From IMG/VR virus record IMGVR_UViG_3300036713_000599: 64,000 nucleotides of DNA. One strand, written 5' to 3'. The position numbers and the translations under genes were made by a program. The notes beneath the pieces were generated by a model. It was not told the origin of the DNA, searched no databases, and saw only the letters and a list, made by a program, of their open reading frames with translations. This stretch comes from a virus. Lineage: Duplodnaviria; Caudoviricetes. Below, piece after piece: positions 46,478 to 57,087 of the stretch; position 1 is the stretch's first letter, and each line of letters begins with the position of its first letter.

Positions 46478-48259
46478 ATGGGTCTTGCCGTCGATAGTAT
46501 TATTTTTGACGAACTGGCATCCGATCCCGTGGGACCGATTGAAGGCCAGTTTTGGTACAACACCACTGAAAAACGGCTCAAGGTTTACCGGAACGGTGCA
46601 GTAGAAATCCTCATCGATAAGGACGAGTTCGATGCTCACGTGAACTCGACCTCGAATCCGCATGCTGTGACATTGGAGCAAGCACGGTCAGAAAATAATG
46701 TCCTTGCTGGCGACATCGACATGAACAATGCGGGTACAATTGCCAATCTTCCGGATCCGACGGCAGATGGCGATGCCGCCACGCTTTCGTGGACCAATGA
46801 ACGAATCCGTCAGCGACTTGCTGGGTTGGACTGGCAAGAGAGCGTGCTCGACAAGGATTTGAGCACGCCTCCAGGTTCTCCGAGCACAGGTGATCGTTAT
46901 ATTGTCGGCAAACAGAGCTACGCCATTATTGGAGCCAACACCTCGACCGAAACTTTTACCATTTCTGGGGACCACAGCACAGAACTGTCCGCCGCTGAGG
47001 TATTCGAGGTTCTTAGTTCGACTGGTAATGACGCTACTTGGACAGTCCAGTCCATCGCTTTCAACTCTCCGAATACGGACATTGTGGTGACGGGCGACAT
47101 CGTAGATGCGACCGCGGACGGTGATGTCGAATTCGCTGAAGATGCGTGGAACGGTAGTGTGGGCAGCATTGCCCAGTGGAACGGCACCTCTTGGGAATAT
47201 GCTGTCCCTAACGAGGGTTTTGCTACCACGGTTGAGGACGAGGATACGTTATATCTGTACGATGGCACGGCCTGGGCACCGTTTGGGAATGCTATTCATC
47301 ACAGTAACCTCACAGGGTTAGGATTAGACGACCATACCCAGTATCTGCTTGTTAGCGGTACTCGACCTATGTTGGGTAGCCTTCAGATGGGCGGTAACTC
47401 CATCACCAATGTCAACTTGGTTGACGGAGTGGACGTCTCTAACCATTCTGTTCGACACGACCCAGGTGGACTAGACGCATTGACCACGGCAACAGCATCT
47501 GGGATTAATGCCAGTTCGGTCAATGCTGAAGGTTCTGACGCGAGCTTTGCTCGTTCAGATCACAGCCACGATATAGATACAACTAATGGGGCTATTTCCA
47601 CCATTAATGCGGGGGACACTTCGTCTGAGGGTGTAGGCACAGGCCTTGCTCGCCGTGACCATGAGCACGCTGTAGCCACGGACACTGCTGTTGAACTTAC
47701 TGACTCGACCAATGATGGGGGTACGAGCACGAGCCTGGCTAGAGCGGACCATACTCATGCTCACGGTGACCGAGGCGGAGGCACACTCCACTCAGCTGTC
47801 AGCGCGTTGGGGGCAGGGTTCCAAGTACAGTCAAATCGGAATGCTTCTGCAGCCCCAACAGTTAATGATGACAACACGGCTGGCTATACCACGGGTTCGT
47901 ACTGGATCGATGTGGTGGCTGACCGAGCGTATATTTGTCTGGACGCTAGTACGGCGTCGGCTGTCTGGACAGAGACCACTCAGACGGGCAGTGCCGGCGG
48001 GCTACTCTACAAAGCTGGGCGTGTGTTGGCTGCGAGCTTCACGGGTAGTCCTAGGACGGCTACGGTGGTTTTTTCCACAGCTTTTGCTGATGCTAACTAT
48101 GCGGTGACTGTGACGGCTACCACAACGGGTGGTCGTAGGTATCTTCCGGTTATCCAGAATCAGTTGTCGTCTGCTTTCGATATACTGCTTGGATCTAATT
48201 CTGTAGCAGGTCTGACGCAGGTGAACTGGATTGCTGTGAAGGACGGCGAGTCTTCCTGA
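46478..48259 (+). CDS. Modular fibre protein (DUF2793-like module, ARxDHxH repeats, lectin-like tip)
   Basis: VLDKDLSTPPGSPSTGDRYIV..AQWNGTSWEY; DDHTQYLLVSGTRPM; three AR(S/R/A)DHxH repeats; YTTGSYWID..AYIC.DAS..AVW. Confidence 0.75.
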   Translation: MGLAVDSIIFDELASDPVGPIEGQFWYNTTEKRLKVYRNGAVEILIDKDEFDAHVNSTSNPHAVTLEQARSENNVLAGDIDMNNAGTIANLPDPTADGDAATLSWTNERIRQRLAGLDWQESVLDKDLSTPPGSPSTGDRYIVGKQSYAIIGANTSTETFTISGDHSTELSAAEVFEVLSSTGNDATWTVQSIAFNSPNTDIVVTGDIVDATADGDVEFAEDAWNGSVGSIAQWNGTSWEYAVPNEGFATTVEDEDTLYLYDGTAWAPFGNAIHHSNLTGLGLDDHTQYLLVSGTRPMLGSLQMGGNSITNVNLVDGVDVSNHSVRHDPGGLDALTTATASGINASSVNAEGSDASFARSDHSHDIDTTNGAISTINAGDTSSEGVGTGLARRDHEHAVATDTAVELTDSTNDGGTSTSLARADHTHAHGDRGGGTLHSAVSALGAGFQVQSNRNASAAPTVNDDNTAGYTTGSYWIDVVADRAYICLDASTASAVWTETTQTGSAGGLLYKAGRVLAASFTGSPRTATVVFSTAFADANYAVTVTATTTGGRRYLPVIQNQLSSAFDILLGSNSVAGLTQVNWIAVKDGESS

Positions 48260-48270
48260 GGTGGAGCTTC

Positions 48271-48783
48271 ATGGGTTTTAAGACGGATAGCCTTGAGTTT
48301 GATGAGTTGACTTCGGACCCCACGACTCCGGTGGATGGAGAGGTGTGGTACAATTCAGCCGAAGAACGACACAAGCTGCGCATTGGTGGTTCGACTTACG
48401 GCGTCCCGACTTTTTATGAGTGGGCGGAATCTACTGGAATTTCTACACGGACGTCCAGCGTTTACGGACAGAAGCTTAGGCTAACTACTTCTGTATTGGT
48501 GGCAGGGGACTATTATGTCGGTTGGCAGTGTGAGACGGGCAACAGTGGTAATGATCGGGCTCTTGGTGTTCGGGTGCAGGTAGACGACACGACAACCTTG
48601 TTGGAAAATGTTTCTAAACATCGCGGGAGAGCCACAGAAAACCCACCTATTTTCAATGTCCTCTCGGGATTTGATGTTGTCACTCTGACAGCGGGATCCC
48701 ATGACATCGATCTTGATTGGGCGTCTTTTGCCAGCACCGCTTATATTAAAAATGCCCGGCTTGAGATCTGGAGACTACCCTGA
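48271..48783 (+). CDS. Small fibre protein sharing an N-terminal module with 46478
   Basis: MGFKTDSLEFDELTSDPTTPVDGEVWYNSAEERHK versus MGLAVDSIIFDELASDPVGPIEGQFWYNTTEKRLK. Confidence 0.7.
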   Translation: MGFKTDSLEFDELTSDPTTPVDGEVWYNSAEERHKLRIGGSTYGVPTFYEWAESTGISTRTSSVYGQKLRLTTSVLVAGDYYVGWQCETGNSGNDRALGVRVQVDDTTTLLENVSKHRGRATENPPIFNVLSGFDVVTLTAGSHDIDLDWASFASTAYIKNARLEIWRLP

Positions 48784-51700
48784 TGTCGTACGAGTACACC
48801 TATAGTCTGGCTGCTGACTTTGGTGGGGTGCTTCACGAGGATATCCTTGAATCCGAGATTGAGGTCGCGGATTTAGGGCAGACCGTGCAGAACGTTGGAC
48901 GCGACGACGACGTTGTGCATATCATTTTCCAAAATCAGCTCAGTCAAGCAAGCAAGACAGTCCTCGATGGTGGCCTAACCCAGACAGAAGAGTCACCGCC
49001 TCTTGGTGGCAGCATTCTGGCCAATCACCCTGTGGCTGTCCCGCAGGACACTGAAACCGGTGCTGTCTCCAAGACAGTGGACCCTACTATTAGTGACGGT
49101 TCCAGTGAAGGATATGAAGCTGGTTGGACGTGGACCAACGTTACGACAGGCAAGTCCTTTGTCTGTATTGACGCTACTGATGGTGTATCTGTGTGGAAGG
49201 GCGATTCGAACGATTTCGAAATCGCCAACAGGTTGATTGTCGGCAAATCTGGTGCCGTTGATTACACGAGCATCAAAGAGGCTTGTGCTGCTGCTGTCGC
49301 TGGTGGGGCAAGTTCAAGTAACCCGTGGATTATTCAAGTTTTTCCTGGAATATATAACGAAGACCCTATGACGATCCCAGCTGGGGTCCAGGTCGACGCG
49401 TCTTATGCGGCTCGTGGTGGTTTGGTCGAAGTGGTTGCTAATTCGGCCACTGAAGATCTTTTTACGATGACCGGTGGTTCAGTCGACGGCGTTAGAGCGT
49501 CAGGTGTTACAGACGCGACCAAGGCGCTTTTTCGTTGTTCTGTTCCATTTTCGGCCACTTCACTTCGAGGTATTGGTGTAAAGAGGTGCTCTACTGGGAT
49601 TTTGGTTGAGGCTGGGGCAGTTGTTGTTGTCGCTAACCTAAGTACCACCGTGGTGGGTCCTGGTGACGCTATAGTGACTGCGGTTAAGGCAACGGGCTCT
49701 GGTACGACAGTTGTTTTGAACAGTTGTACCAGTTCGGTGCCTTTCGTTCATCCCGCGTACACTCAAAACCCTGTCCAAACAGTGCTCAGTGCTGAGGATT
49801 CGGCAACGGCGTTCGTTACAGGATCCTCGTTCAACAATGCGTACTACGACAACACTGCTGATATTGTAGTAGTCTCTGGTGGGGCGCGATGTACGATTCA
49901 GGGCTCTGTCTTCATTAACAGTAACAATGTTATTCGGATCGGTCCTTCTGGCTCCAATTCAACTGTCCTCCTTCAGGGCAGTGCATTTCAAAACAATGTT
50001 TTAAATTGGAAAATAGAGTCTTCCACTGGCACGATCTACACGGACGTTTCGTTTGATGCGGATAACCAGTCTGTTGTAACTGGAGGGAAGGTCAGTGGTT
50101 CCCTTATCGATGAATCGGATGACAGTTTTGTTATCACAGGCGCTGCAACGTACAGATATCCGTCAGGCCTTCAGCTCAGCTTGCCCGAATCTCTACACTA
50201 TCTGACGAGTTCTGGGAAATCTGAGGGTGGTGGGGTTACGGTTAATTCGGGCCTAGACGTCGACGTGGCAGCGGGCAAGGGACTTCTTAGAGGTACTGTT
50301 GGCGAAGGTGACGCTCAATTTGTTGAATGGGGTGCGGGCACTCTGACTCTTAGTGCAAGTACTACGAATTATGTGGTCTATGACTCAGGAACGTCCGACC
50401 TAGCCGTTCTGGTTTCTTCTCCATCGGTTTCGCAAATCTTGCTTGCGACTGTCGTGACAGGGGCAACAACCGTTCGATATCTGCACGACACCTCTCGTTT
50501 TTATCCGTATCTTCCAGAGAGAATCTACGAATACCTTCTAACTACTCGGAAAATTGCGTGGACTTCGGGCCTCGCTACAACACAGGGTAGTACTGCCCGC
50601 AAGTTGAATGTCTCCGGTGGGTCCTGGTACGTGGGTCCGGATTTGAAGACTGTCTCCGGTGGTACAGACGTCACATGGTCCTATTACTATGGGTCGGATG
50701 GAGCGACGGAAGTTGCGGCTCAAACTGAGCTGGATATTACGCAGTACGACAGTTCGGGGACACTCACCACGATGACTGCCGGGTATTTTCGAGCGGACAC
50801 CTTGGTCGTCACCTCTGATGGTAAGTGTAGTATTATTTACGGTAAGTCTCAATTCGATAACTCTGTTTCAGCTCAAAATGTGGCCAATTCTGCTGCTGCG
50901 ACATCATTTTTGGCTCAAACAGCATGCCATCTGGCTTTGGTTGTTGTAGAACAAGGAGTGGGGATCGACACGATTGTTGACGTTCGTCCTGACCCTAATG
51001 CAGCAACGGCAGGAGGTGGGGGTGGGGGTGGGGGTGGAGACCACAGTGCTCTGACTAACCTAGACAAACCAGGTGACCACTTGTGGGCCATGCTCCTCGA
51101 CGGATCTCGGCCTATGACCGGTGATCTGGACATGGGTGCTCAGGCCATCACGAATGTCGGTAATATCGACGGGGTGGGTGTTTCTGATCACAGTAGTCGT
51201 CATGACCCGGGTGGCTCCGATGCCCTAACTACGGGCGTGCCAGTGGCCGTCCAGGTCGGCGTGACACCTTCAGGGGGCTCAGGGTCCTCCTATGCTCTAA
51301 ATGACCACCAGCATGGTGTTGCGGCCGGTAGCGTGGGTGCTGTAGGTACTGCGAACAATAACGGGTCAGCGAGCACCGTGGCTCGGGCGGATCATGTTCA
51401 TGCGGGATTGACTCGCGATGCTGGTGATTTTTATCTTTTCACTGAGAAAACTGATACGGTACCGGCCGATCTTGTCCTTATAGAGGATTCCGAGGACACC
51501 AACAACAAAAAGAAGGTCCAGCTCAGCAACCTGCTTGATAACCAGGACACGAGTTACGCCGCAACGATCACGTCATGGACACCCTCGGGGGGCCGTAACT
51601 ACGCTGATGTAGTACATCATCTTGGGACCAAGGATGTTTTGGTTGAAGTGTATTCGGTAGACAACGATGAAACTGTCGGAGTTCACGCTGTCGACCGTCT

Positions 51701-52385
51701 TGACATAGATACGGTCCGAATCACCGTAAAGACCCCTGAGAACGTGCGTGTCCTCGTCACTACAGGGGGCTTTAGTCTTAGCGGTGGGATTGATTCTGAT
51801 GCGATCCACGACAATGTTGCTGGTGAGATTTCTCTAGTTTCTGAAAAAGTCACACCTGTCAGTGCTGACCTCCTCCTCATTGAGGATTCGGCGGACTCCA
51901 ATAACAAGAAGAGAATTCAGCTTGGAAATCTTCCAGGTGGTGGCGACGTCACGTCCACGTCGACCCTGGACGACAACACACTCATCCGAGGTGATACGCC
52001 AACCAAGGGCATTCAGGACAGTGGGATTCTGGTCAGCGATGACGACCAGATCAGCTCGGTCCAGACTCTCACTTTTGAAGGAGAGGTCGACAACGGGACA
52101 AGTGGTGCAAGTAAAACGGTGACTTGGGGTGCTGGACAAAAGCAACGGATTACGATCTCAGCTAACACGACTTTGACCTTTTCTGCTCCGCCTGGGGTAG
52201 GCAACTTCCTGCTTAAGTGTATCCAGGGGACGGGGGCCCCGTTCACCATCACGTGGCCGGCAACGGTCAAGTGGCCGGGAGGGGACGCACCGACACTGTC
52301 TTCGACGAACGGGGCTATCGATATCGTGTCTTTCTACTATGACGGCACCTCTTATTTTGGTGTCGCTAGTTTGGATTTTGCTTGA
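48783..52385 (+). CDS. 1200-aa tailspike/fibre with pectin-lyase-like beta-helix
   Basis: IVGKSGAVDYTSIKEA..IQVFPGIYNED beta-helix entry; repetitive beta strands; Gly hinge; shared modules; C-terminal TITWPATVKWPGGDAPTLS...DIVSF domain. Confidence 0.8.
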   Translation: MSYEYTYSLAADFGGVLHEDILESEIEVADLGQTVQNVGRDDDVVHIIFQNQLSQASKTVLDGGLTQTEESPPLGGSILANHPVAVPQDTETGAVSKTVDPTISDGSSEGYEAGWTWTNVTTGKSFVCIDATDGVSVWKGDSNDFEIANRLIVGKSGAVDYTSIKEACAAAVAGGASSSNPWIIQVFPGIYNEDPMTIPAGVQVDASYAARGGLVEVVANSATEDLFTMTGGSVDGVRASGVTDATKALFRCSVPFSATSLRGIGVKRCSTGILVEAGAVVVVANLSTTVVGPGDAIVTAVKATGSGTTVVLNSCTSSVPFVHPAYTQNPVQTVLSAEDSATAFVTGSSFNNAYYDNTADIVVVSGGARCTIQGSVFINSNNVIRIGPSGSNSTVLLQGSAFQNNVLNWKIESSTGTIYTDVSFDADNQSVVTGGKVSGSLIDESDDSFVITGAATYRYPSGLQLSLPESLHYLTSSGKSEGGGVTVNSGLDVDVAAGKGLLRGTVGEGDAQFVEWGAGTLTLSASTTNYVVYDSGTSDLAVLVSSPSVSQILLATVVTGATTVRYLHDTSRFYPYLPERIYEYLLTTRKIAWTSGLATTQGSTARKLNVSGGSWYVGPDLKTVSGGTDVTWSYYYGSDGATEVAAQTELDITQYDSSGTLTTMTAGYFRADTLVVTSDGKCSIIYGKSQFDNSVSAQNVANSAAATSFLAQTACHLALVVVEQGVGIDTIVDVRPDPNAATAGGGGGGGGGDHSALTNLDKPGDHLWAMLLDGSRPMTGDLDMGAQAITNVGNIDGVGVSDHSSRHDPGGSDALTTGVPVAVQVGVTPSGGSGSSYALNDHQHGVAAGSVGAVGTANNNGSASTVARADHVHAGLTRDAGDFYLFTEKTDTVPADLVLIEDSEDTNNKKKVQLSNLLDNQDTSYAATITSWTPSGGRNYADVVHHLGTKDVLVEVYSVDNDETVGVHAVDRLDIDTVRITVKTPENVRVLVTTGGFSLSGGIDSDAIHDNVAGEISLVSEKVTPVSADLLLIEDSADSNNKKRIQLGNLPGGGDVTSTSTLDDNTLIRGDTPTKGIQDSGILVSDDDQISSVQTLTFEGEVDNGTSGASKTVTWGAGQKQRITISANTTLTFSAPPGVGNFLLKCIQGTGAPFTITWPATVKWPGGDAPTLSSTNGAIDIVSFYYDGTSYFGVASLDFA

Positions 52386-53563
52386 TGGTTACCAACTATT
52401 ATCGAGCTGAGCAGACGACCGAGCAGGGCACCACTAGCACTACCTTCGTGGATGTCTCGGGTACTACTGTAACGTTCACGCCTGGTGACACGAGCGAAGC
52501 TTGGGTGATTTTTGCCACTGGTGTGCTTCGATCTGATAGTACGGCGGAGACTGCGGCTGAGGTCCAGCTCGTTTACGGTGGTGTGACTCAGGACCTCGCA
52601 GGGCACCAAAACAACGATGCAACTACACCAAACGGTGCAGGATTCTTCCTCTTTGGCGTGATCACGTCAACCGTCTCTCTTCAGACGGTCAAGCTCCAAT
52701 TTCGGGCGGCTGCGGGGACGACCTATTTGGATAACGCTCGGGTCATTGCCGCCAAATTACCTCCCAATTCTGATTGGCAGTTTTTTGAGTCGGACGCAAT
52801 TACTCAGACAACTGGAGTCGATCAGCAGGTAGGCCAGCTCCAATTCACGCCGAGTTCGGCTGGAGATTACTACATTTTCGGAAAAATGAGCCATCGGGAA
52901 TTCCCTGGAGGCTCCACTTCTCAGGCATGGTTGGAATATGGATCGGACCTCCATCCCGACGCTCCTGTAGGGGTGCATCATAGTAATGCTCGGGATGCTT
53001 GGAATCCAATGAGCGTGGCAGTTCGAAAGACATTGCCTCTGTCACTACAGTCTTTCAACCTTCGGTTCACTTCATCCTCGTCGGGCGCAGGGACAAGTGA
53101 ACACCAGTACCGACGCATTTTAGCCTTCCGAGCGGATGTTTTCGAGGAAGATAACTACTCGGAGTCGCTCAGCCAGAGCACCTCAACTTCGGCTTCATTC
53201 ACTACGAAAAACAGTCTTGTTGTAGGAACACCTCCCTCTGAACGTGACTACCTTGTGATTCAAAGTGCTAGAATTTCGGGAGACAACTCCACAACGGGTC
53301 AAAAGTCTGGCGAGCTGCGGACAGGCGGTACACCGAAGATCAGGACGGACCACCACATCAACCGTGACGGGTCCTCGACGCAGGGTTATCACCATATGGC
53401 TGTCTACGCTGACGCCGTGTCGACATCTTCATCGGTGACTTATGACAATGGGTTTTTGTCTCCAGATGCCATCACAGTCCAGTGTGCTGAAAGTGTGATC
53501 ATTGTACTACGTTGGCCTGGAGCCGAAGACAACAACGCTCCCTTCTTTGGGATGAACTTCTAG
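52385..53563 (+). CDS. Structural protein with repeated beta-sandwich modules
   Basis: Three T/S-rich units (TTSTTFVD.., TQTTGVDQ.., STSASFTT..) resembling the C-domain of 48271. Confidence 0.65.
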   Translation: MVTNYYRAEQTTEQGTTSTTFVDVSGTTVTFTPGDTSEAWVIFATGVLRSDSTAETAAEVQLVYGGVTQDLAGHQNNDATTPNGAGFFLFGVITSTVSLQTVKLQFRAAAGTTYLDNARVIAAKLPPNSDWQFFESDAITQTTGVDQQVGQLQFTPSSAGDYYIFGKMSHREFPGGSTSQAWLEYGSDLHPDAPVGVHHSNARDAWNPMSVAVRKTLPLSLQSFNLRFTSSSSGAGTSEHQYRRILAFRADVFEEDNYSESLSQSTSTSASFTTKNSLVVGTPPSERDYLVIQSARISGDNSTTGQKSGELRTGGTPKIRTDHHINRDGSSTQGYHHMAVYADAVSTSSSVTYDNGFLSPDAITVQCAESVIIVLRWPGAEDNNAPFFGMNF

Positions 53564-53572
53564 GAGGAAATA

Positions 53573-55801
53573 GTGGACTGGAAAGGCAAAATAGACTTCG
53601 AAGAACTGCCTTCGGTCGTGGGTTCCGACCTCCTATCTAAACTCGAAGACGAGTGGAGCGGACTGGTTGAGAAAACTTCTTTGGCGGATGCGGATTTAAT
53701 TCTCTTGGAGGACTCCGCTGACAGCGGTGCTAAGAAGAAAGTCCAGATTTCCAGCCTTCCTGGTCAAGAGTTGTACGATGCCGTCGTAGCTTCGTCTGGA
53801 GGGGATTACACGTTGCCTTCTGCGGCTTTTTCTGCGGGAGCTAAAAGCGTTTTTGTCCGGACGGGGACCTACAATGAAACGGCCAATGTCGTGGTTCCTG
53901 ATGGCGGGAAGTTGATTGGTGAGGATGACGTACAGATCAATCTTGGTCCTGGTTTTGAGGTAAACGTAGACGGGAATGGTGGCACGGTAGAGACGACTGG
54001 AACTGTTGCGTACACTAACGGTTCTAGTGCTGTGGTGGGTACGGGTACTGTATTCACGAATCTGAGCCCAGGTGACTACATCGCCTTAGGACCCTTGTTT
54101 TACGAGATTAGTTCGATCACAGACAATACAAACTTAACCATTGTAGGGATCTATAGAGGGTCGTCGCAGAGCGGCCAGGTGATGATCGGCACCTCGATGT
54201 TCACAGGTTGTGTCGTCTCCAACATCAGCCTTTCTGGGACTTTGGGTGTTGGCCTTCGTATTCGCGGCTGCACCGATACTGTTGTTGACAGAGTTACGGT
54301 TACGAGCTGTGGGGTTAATATCTCCGTGGCGGACGCTGGGACCGTTACTTTTAGCAGGGTTAATTCTTATCATAGTGCTGGTACAGGTTTCACGGTGGTT
54401 CGAGGTCGGAGCGTATCTCTGACGAACTGCCATCTGATGAACAATGTAGGTGCAGGTGTTACAATTACATCGGACTGTGATGCTTCTAAGTTGACGGCGT
54501 GTTGTTTGTCGAATAATGGGGCGGAAGGCCTCACGATCACGGGGGCTTCCAGGCACACTGTCATCCTGGGCTCTGTGGCTACATCTAACGCTACTAAAGG
54601 TCTCAATACAGAACCTGCTTCCGGTGCTACGACGATAGATTCCTGCCTTGTTGCCAATAATGGTACTATTGGTGTCGATTTTGACGGTGATGAAAATCTC
54701 ATCAATAATTGTGTGATCAAGGACAATGGTTCGGACGGCGTCTGGGGCGGGGATGATGGGATGGTCACTGCCTGCCACATTGAAGACAATGGTGGGAACG
54801 GCATCTCCTTATCTGGTGACATTAATACAATTATCACCAGCTGCAATATTCACGATAATACGCTGGACGGTATTAGTGTGGGTGCCACGGGCAACACAGG
54901 GATCCTGATCGTATCTAATAGAATTTACGCCAATGGCGGGAACGGTGTGACCATCCCTTCTAGTGTTGGGGCGAATGGTTGTCAGTTGCACGGGAACTTG
55001 ATTACGGGGCATACGACTGATGTGAGTAACGCCAATACGACCTTGGTTCGGTCGGTGGAGTCTGTTGGCAACCCCGTACGAGGCAACATTTTGTACTATG
55101 ATGGGTCGTCCTGGTCTAGATTGGCTCCTGGGGTTTCTGGTCAGGTTTTTCAAACCAGTGGTGCTGGCGCTGACCCAGTTTGGGCCGACGGTGGTAATGT
55201 GTTCGCCGCGGCCAACATTGCAGACAATGCCATCGTTCGAGGTGATGGTGGTGCCAAGGGTCTTCAAGGATCCGCGTGGGTCATTGATGACTCTGGGAAT
55301 CTTTCGTCTTCGAGTGGCAATCTTAATGGAGTCAAGCATTATCCGTCACAGGCTACCGACCCTGTGAGCCCTGCTCCTTCAGACGGAGATCGTTACTACA
55401 ACACGGTTCTCGGTGAAGAGATGAGATATGACGGCACTCGATCGAAATGGCTTAGTGTTGCGACACTTTGGGACGGGGGAGGTCGTAATGGGACAACGGG
55501 AGGGGGCGTGTACTATCGTCGGTATAACGGTATGCCATTCGCGGTAGGCGCGGGGTCTTTGGTTCGTAAGGGGACGATCACTGGAATCTCCTTCAATTGT
55601 TCGAACGCTGTGTCTCATGTTTTACAGGTTATGGTTGGAGGTAGTGTGGTGGCTACATTGGCATCCAATGGGGCTTTTTCTGCTTCGAATTATACGGTCA
55701 ATGCGGACTTCGATGAGGGAGTATTTTCACTTCTGAACGCTTCGGGGAGTTCTACCACAACGAATCTCCAGGCCACTGTCTACTATAAGCTGCGTGTGTA
55801 G
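53573..55801 (+). CDS. Right-handed beta-helix protein (depolymerase-like spike)
   Basis: VFVRTGTYNE, then many (N/D)NGxxG(I/V) repeats (IEDNGGNGISL, IHDNTLDGISV); shares modules with 48783. Confidence 0.8.
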   Translation: MDWKGKIDFEELPSVVGSDLLSKLEDEWSGLVEKTSLADADLILLEDSADSGAKKKVQISSLPGQELYDAVVASSGGDYTLPSAAFSAGAKSVFVRTGTYNETANVVVPDGGKLIGEDDVQINLGPGFEVNVDGNGGTVETTGTVAYTNGSSAVVGTGTVFTNLSPGDYIALGPLFYEISSITDNTNLTIVGIYRGSSQSGQVMIGTSMFTGCVVSNISLSGTLGVGLRIRGCTDTVVDRVTVTSCGVNISVADAGTVTFSRVNSYHSAGTGFTVVRGRSVSLTNCHLMNNVGAGVTITSDCDASKLTACCLSNNGAEGLTITGASRHTVILGSVATSNATKGLNTEPASGATTIDSCLVANNGTIGVDFDGDENLINNCVIKDNGSDGVWGGDDGMVTACHIEDNGGNGISLSGDINTIITSCNIHDNTLDGISVGATGNTGILIVSNRIYANGGNGVTIPSSVGANGCQLHGNLITGHTTDVSNANTTLVRSVESVGNPVRGNILYYDGSSWSRLAPGVSGQVFQTSGAGADPVWADGGNVFAAANIADNAIVRGDGGAKGLQGSAWVIDDSGNLSSSSGNLNGVKHYPSQATDPVSPAPSDGDRYYNTVLGEEMRYDGTRSKWLSVATLWDGGGRNGTTGGGVYYRRYNGMPFAVGAGSLVRKGTITGISFNCSNAVSHVLQVMVGGSVVATLASNGAFSASNYTVNADFDEGVFSLLNASGSSTTTNLQATVYYKLRV

Positions 55802-55809
55802 GAGAGATA

Positions 55810-57087
55810 ATGGCAGTCATTGCAAAAAATCAGACAGAGTCGGACGTCACTTTGACGGATCTTGCTGCCCCTGGGAGCGTCGTACCTGCAAGCGGTTCGC
55901 TTGATTTGCTCGTTGACAACACCTTTGTTGAGATCCAGAACAGCGGGCAGCTGAAGACTCTTATTGCCGCCGGAACCTTGCTTCTTAATGACGGGACCAA
56001 CGATCTGGATTTGGTGACCTCGTTGGCTTTCGTAGAGCACCCTTCAGGATTCCCTAAGACCTCGGGCGGTGTTCCAGTTCACACCCTTCTTCAGAGAAGT
56101 GTTGATGGCGTGCCCTTGGTGGCCCAGCAGCGACTTATTTTGGGACAAAAAGAGTTCTTGCGTACCGACAATGGTGCTGCCCTTATGAATATTGACGGAC
56201 GGCCTGCGGGTATTCCTGCGGTGGTCTGGAATGGTACGGGTGTGGGCGATACTGGAGGTGATTGGGCGGTGTCGGGGACAGGTTCGGAAACTGTTGGGTC
56301 GACGCACACTGGTACCAGTGGGTGGGACACCGGGGTGATGTCCTTGGGCAACTTTTTCGATTTCGACAACGGCACTCTCGTTGATGTGGCCAACGCCTAC
56401 TCTCAGCTTCGTTTTTGGATTCAACCGAAGGCGTGGCCGGTTAGATCCAGACTAGAGGTGGGCTTCTTGGACGACAGTGGTGCCCTTGTTGGTAAATGGC
56501 GGCGGGTTGAGACGTATACCGCGAATATGGACTTGGACACCTGGCAACAAGTGTTCATCCCTGTTGCTGATTTTTCCCTGACGTCTTCTGTACAAAAGCT
56601 TCAATTTCGGGCAAATAAAACAAACGGCCAACACTTCTTTTTGGACAATGTTGAATTGGTTCCTGCTGGAGGAGCAGGGCCCTATTGTTTTCGGGTAGCG
56701 GCTCCTGACGCTAGCACGCGACTACATGTGTCAATGGTGGTTATTGTTGTTGCCGCTCCCTCGGTTGGCTGGAATCCCTCCTCTTTTGCGAATATTGCAG
56801 GAGGTCTGACCGGTGGGTTGTTGGTGCGCCAACGACGGTTGAGTGATGGGGAGATAATTTGGCGGTTGAACAGTAAAAATAACATTGACTTGTTTGGCCG
56901 CTTCCACCCTCAGGACGACATCACGTTTGCCAATGGTGACCTTCTTGTCGGGTTTATGATCAAGCCCGGTAAAGCCTCGGTGACCGCGACCGATGACGAG
57001 GTGTTGGAGATCGTGGTTTGTGACGATCTGTCTAGTCTGAGCGAATTGCGTGGGTATGCCCACTATGGTACGGAGGTGGCGACGTGA
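55810..57087 (+). CDS. Structural protein with carbohydrate-binding-like domain
   Basis: W-rich jelly-roll pattern (LRFWIQP..LDTWQQVFIPVADF..FFLDNVEL); SD AGGAGA. Confidence 0.6.
   Translation: MAVIAKNQTESDVTLTDLAAPGSVVPASGSLDLLVDNTFVEIQNSGQLKTLIAAGTLLLNDGTNDLDLVTSLAFVEHPSGFPKTSGGVPVHTLLQRSVDGVPLVAQQRLILGQKEFLRTDNGAALMNIDGRPAGIPAVVWNGTGVGDTGGDWAVSGTGSETVGSTHTGTSGWDTGVMSLGNFFDFDNGTLVDVANAYSQLRFWIQPKAWPVRSRLEVGFLDDSGALVGKWRRVETYTANMDLDTWQQVFIPVADFSLTSSVQKLQFRANKTNGQHFFLDNVELVPAGGAGPYCFRVAAPDASTRLHVSMVVIVVAAPSVGWNPSSFANIAGGLTGGLLVRQRRLSDGEIIWRLNSKNNIDLFGRFHPQDDITFANGDLLVGFMIKPGKASVTATDDEVLEIVVCDDLSSLSELRGYAHYGTEVAT

Noticed and set aside
51012-51037. (GGGGGT)3 tract as a G-quadruplex or phase-variable site
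   Set aside because: Explained by a poly-Gly hinge in the fibre; only three long G-tracts, and the frame is intact.
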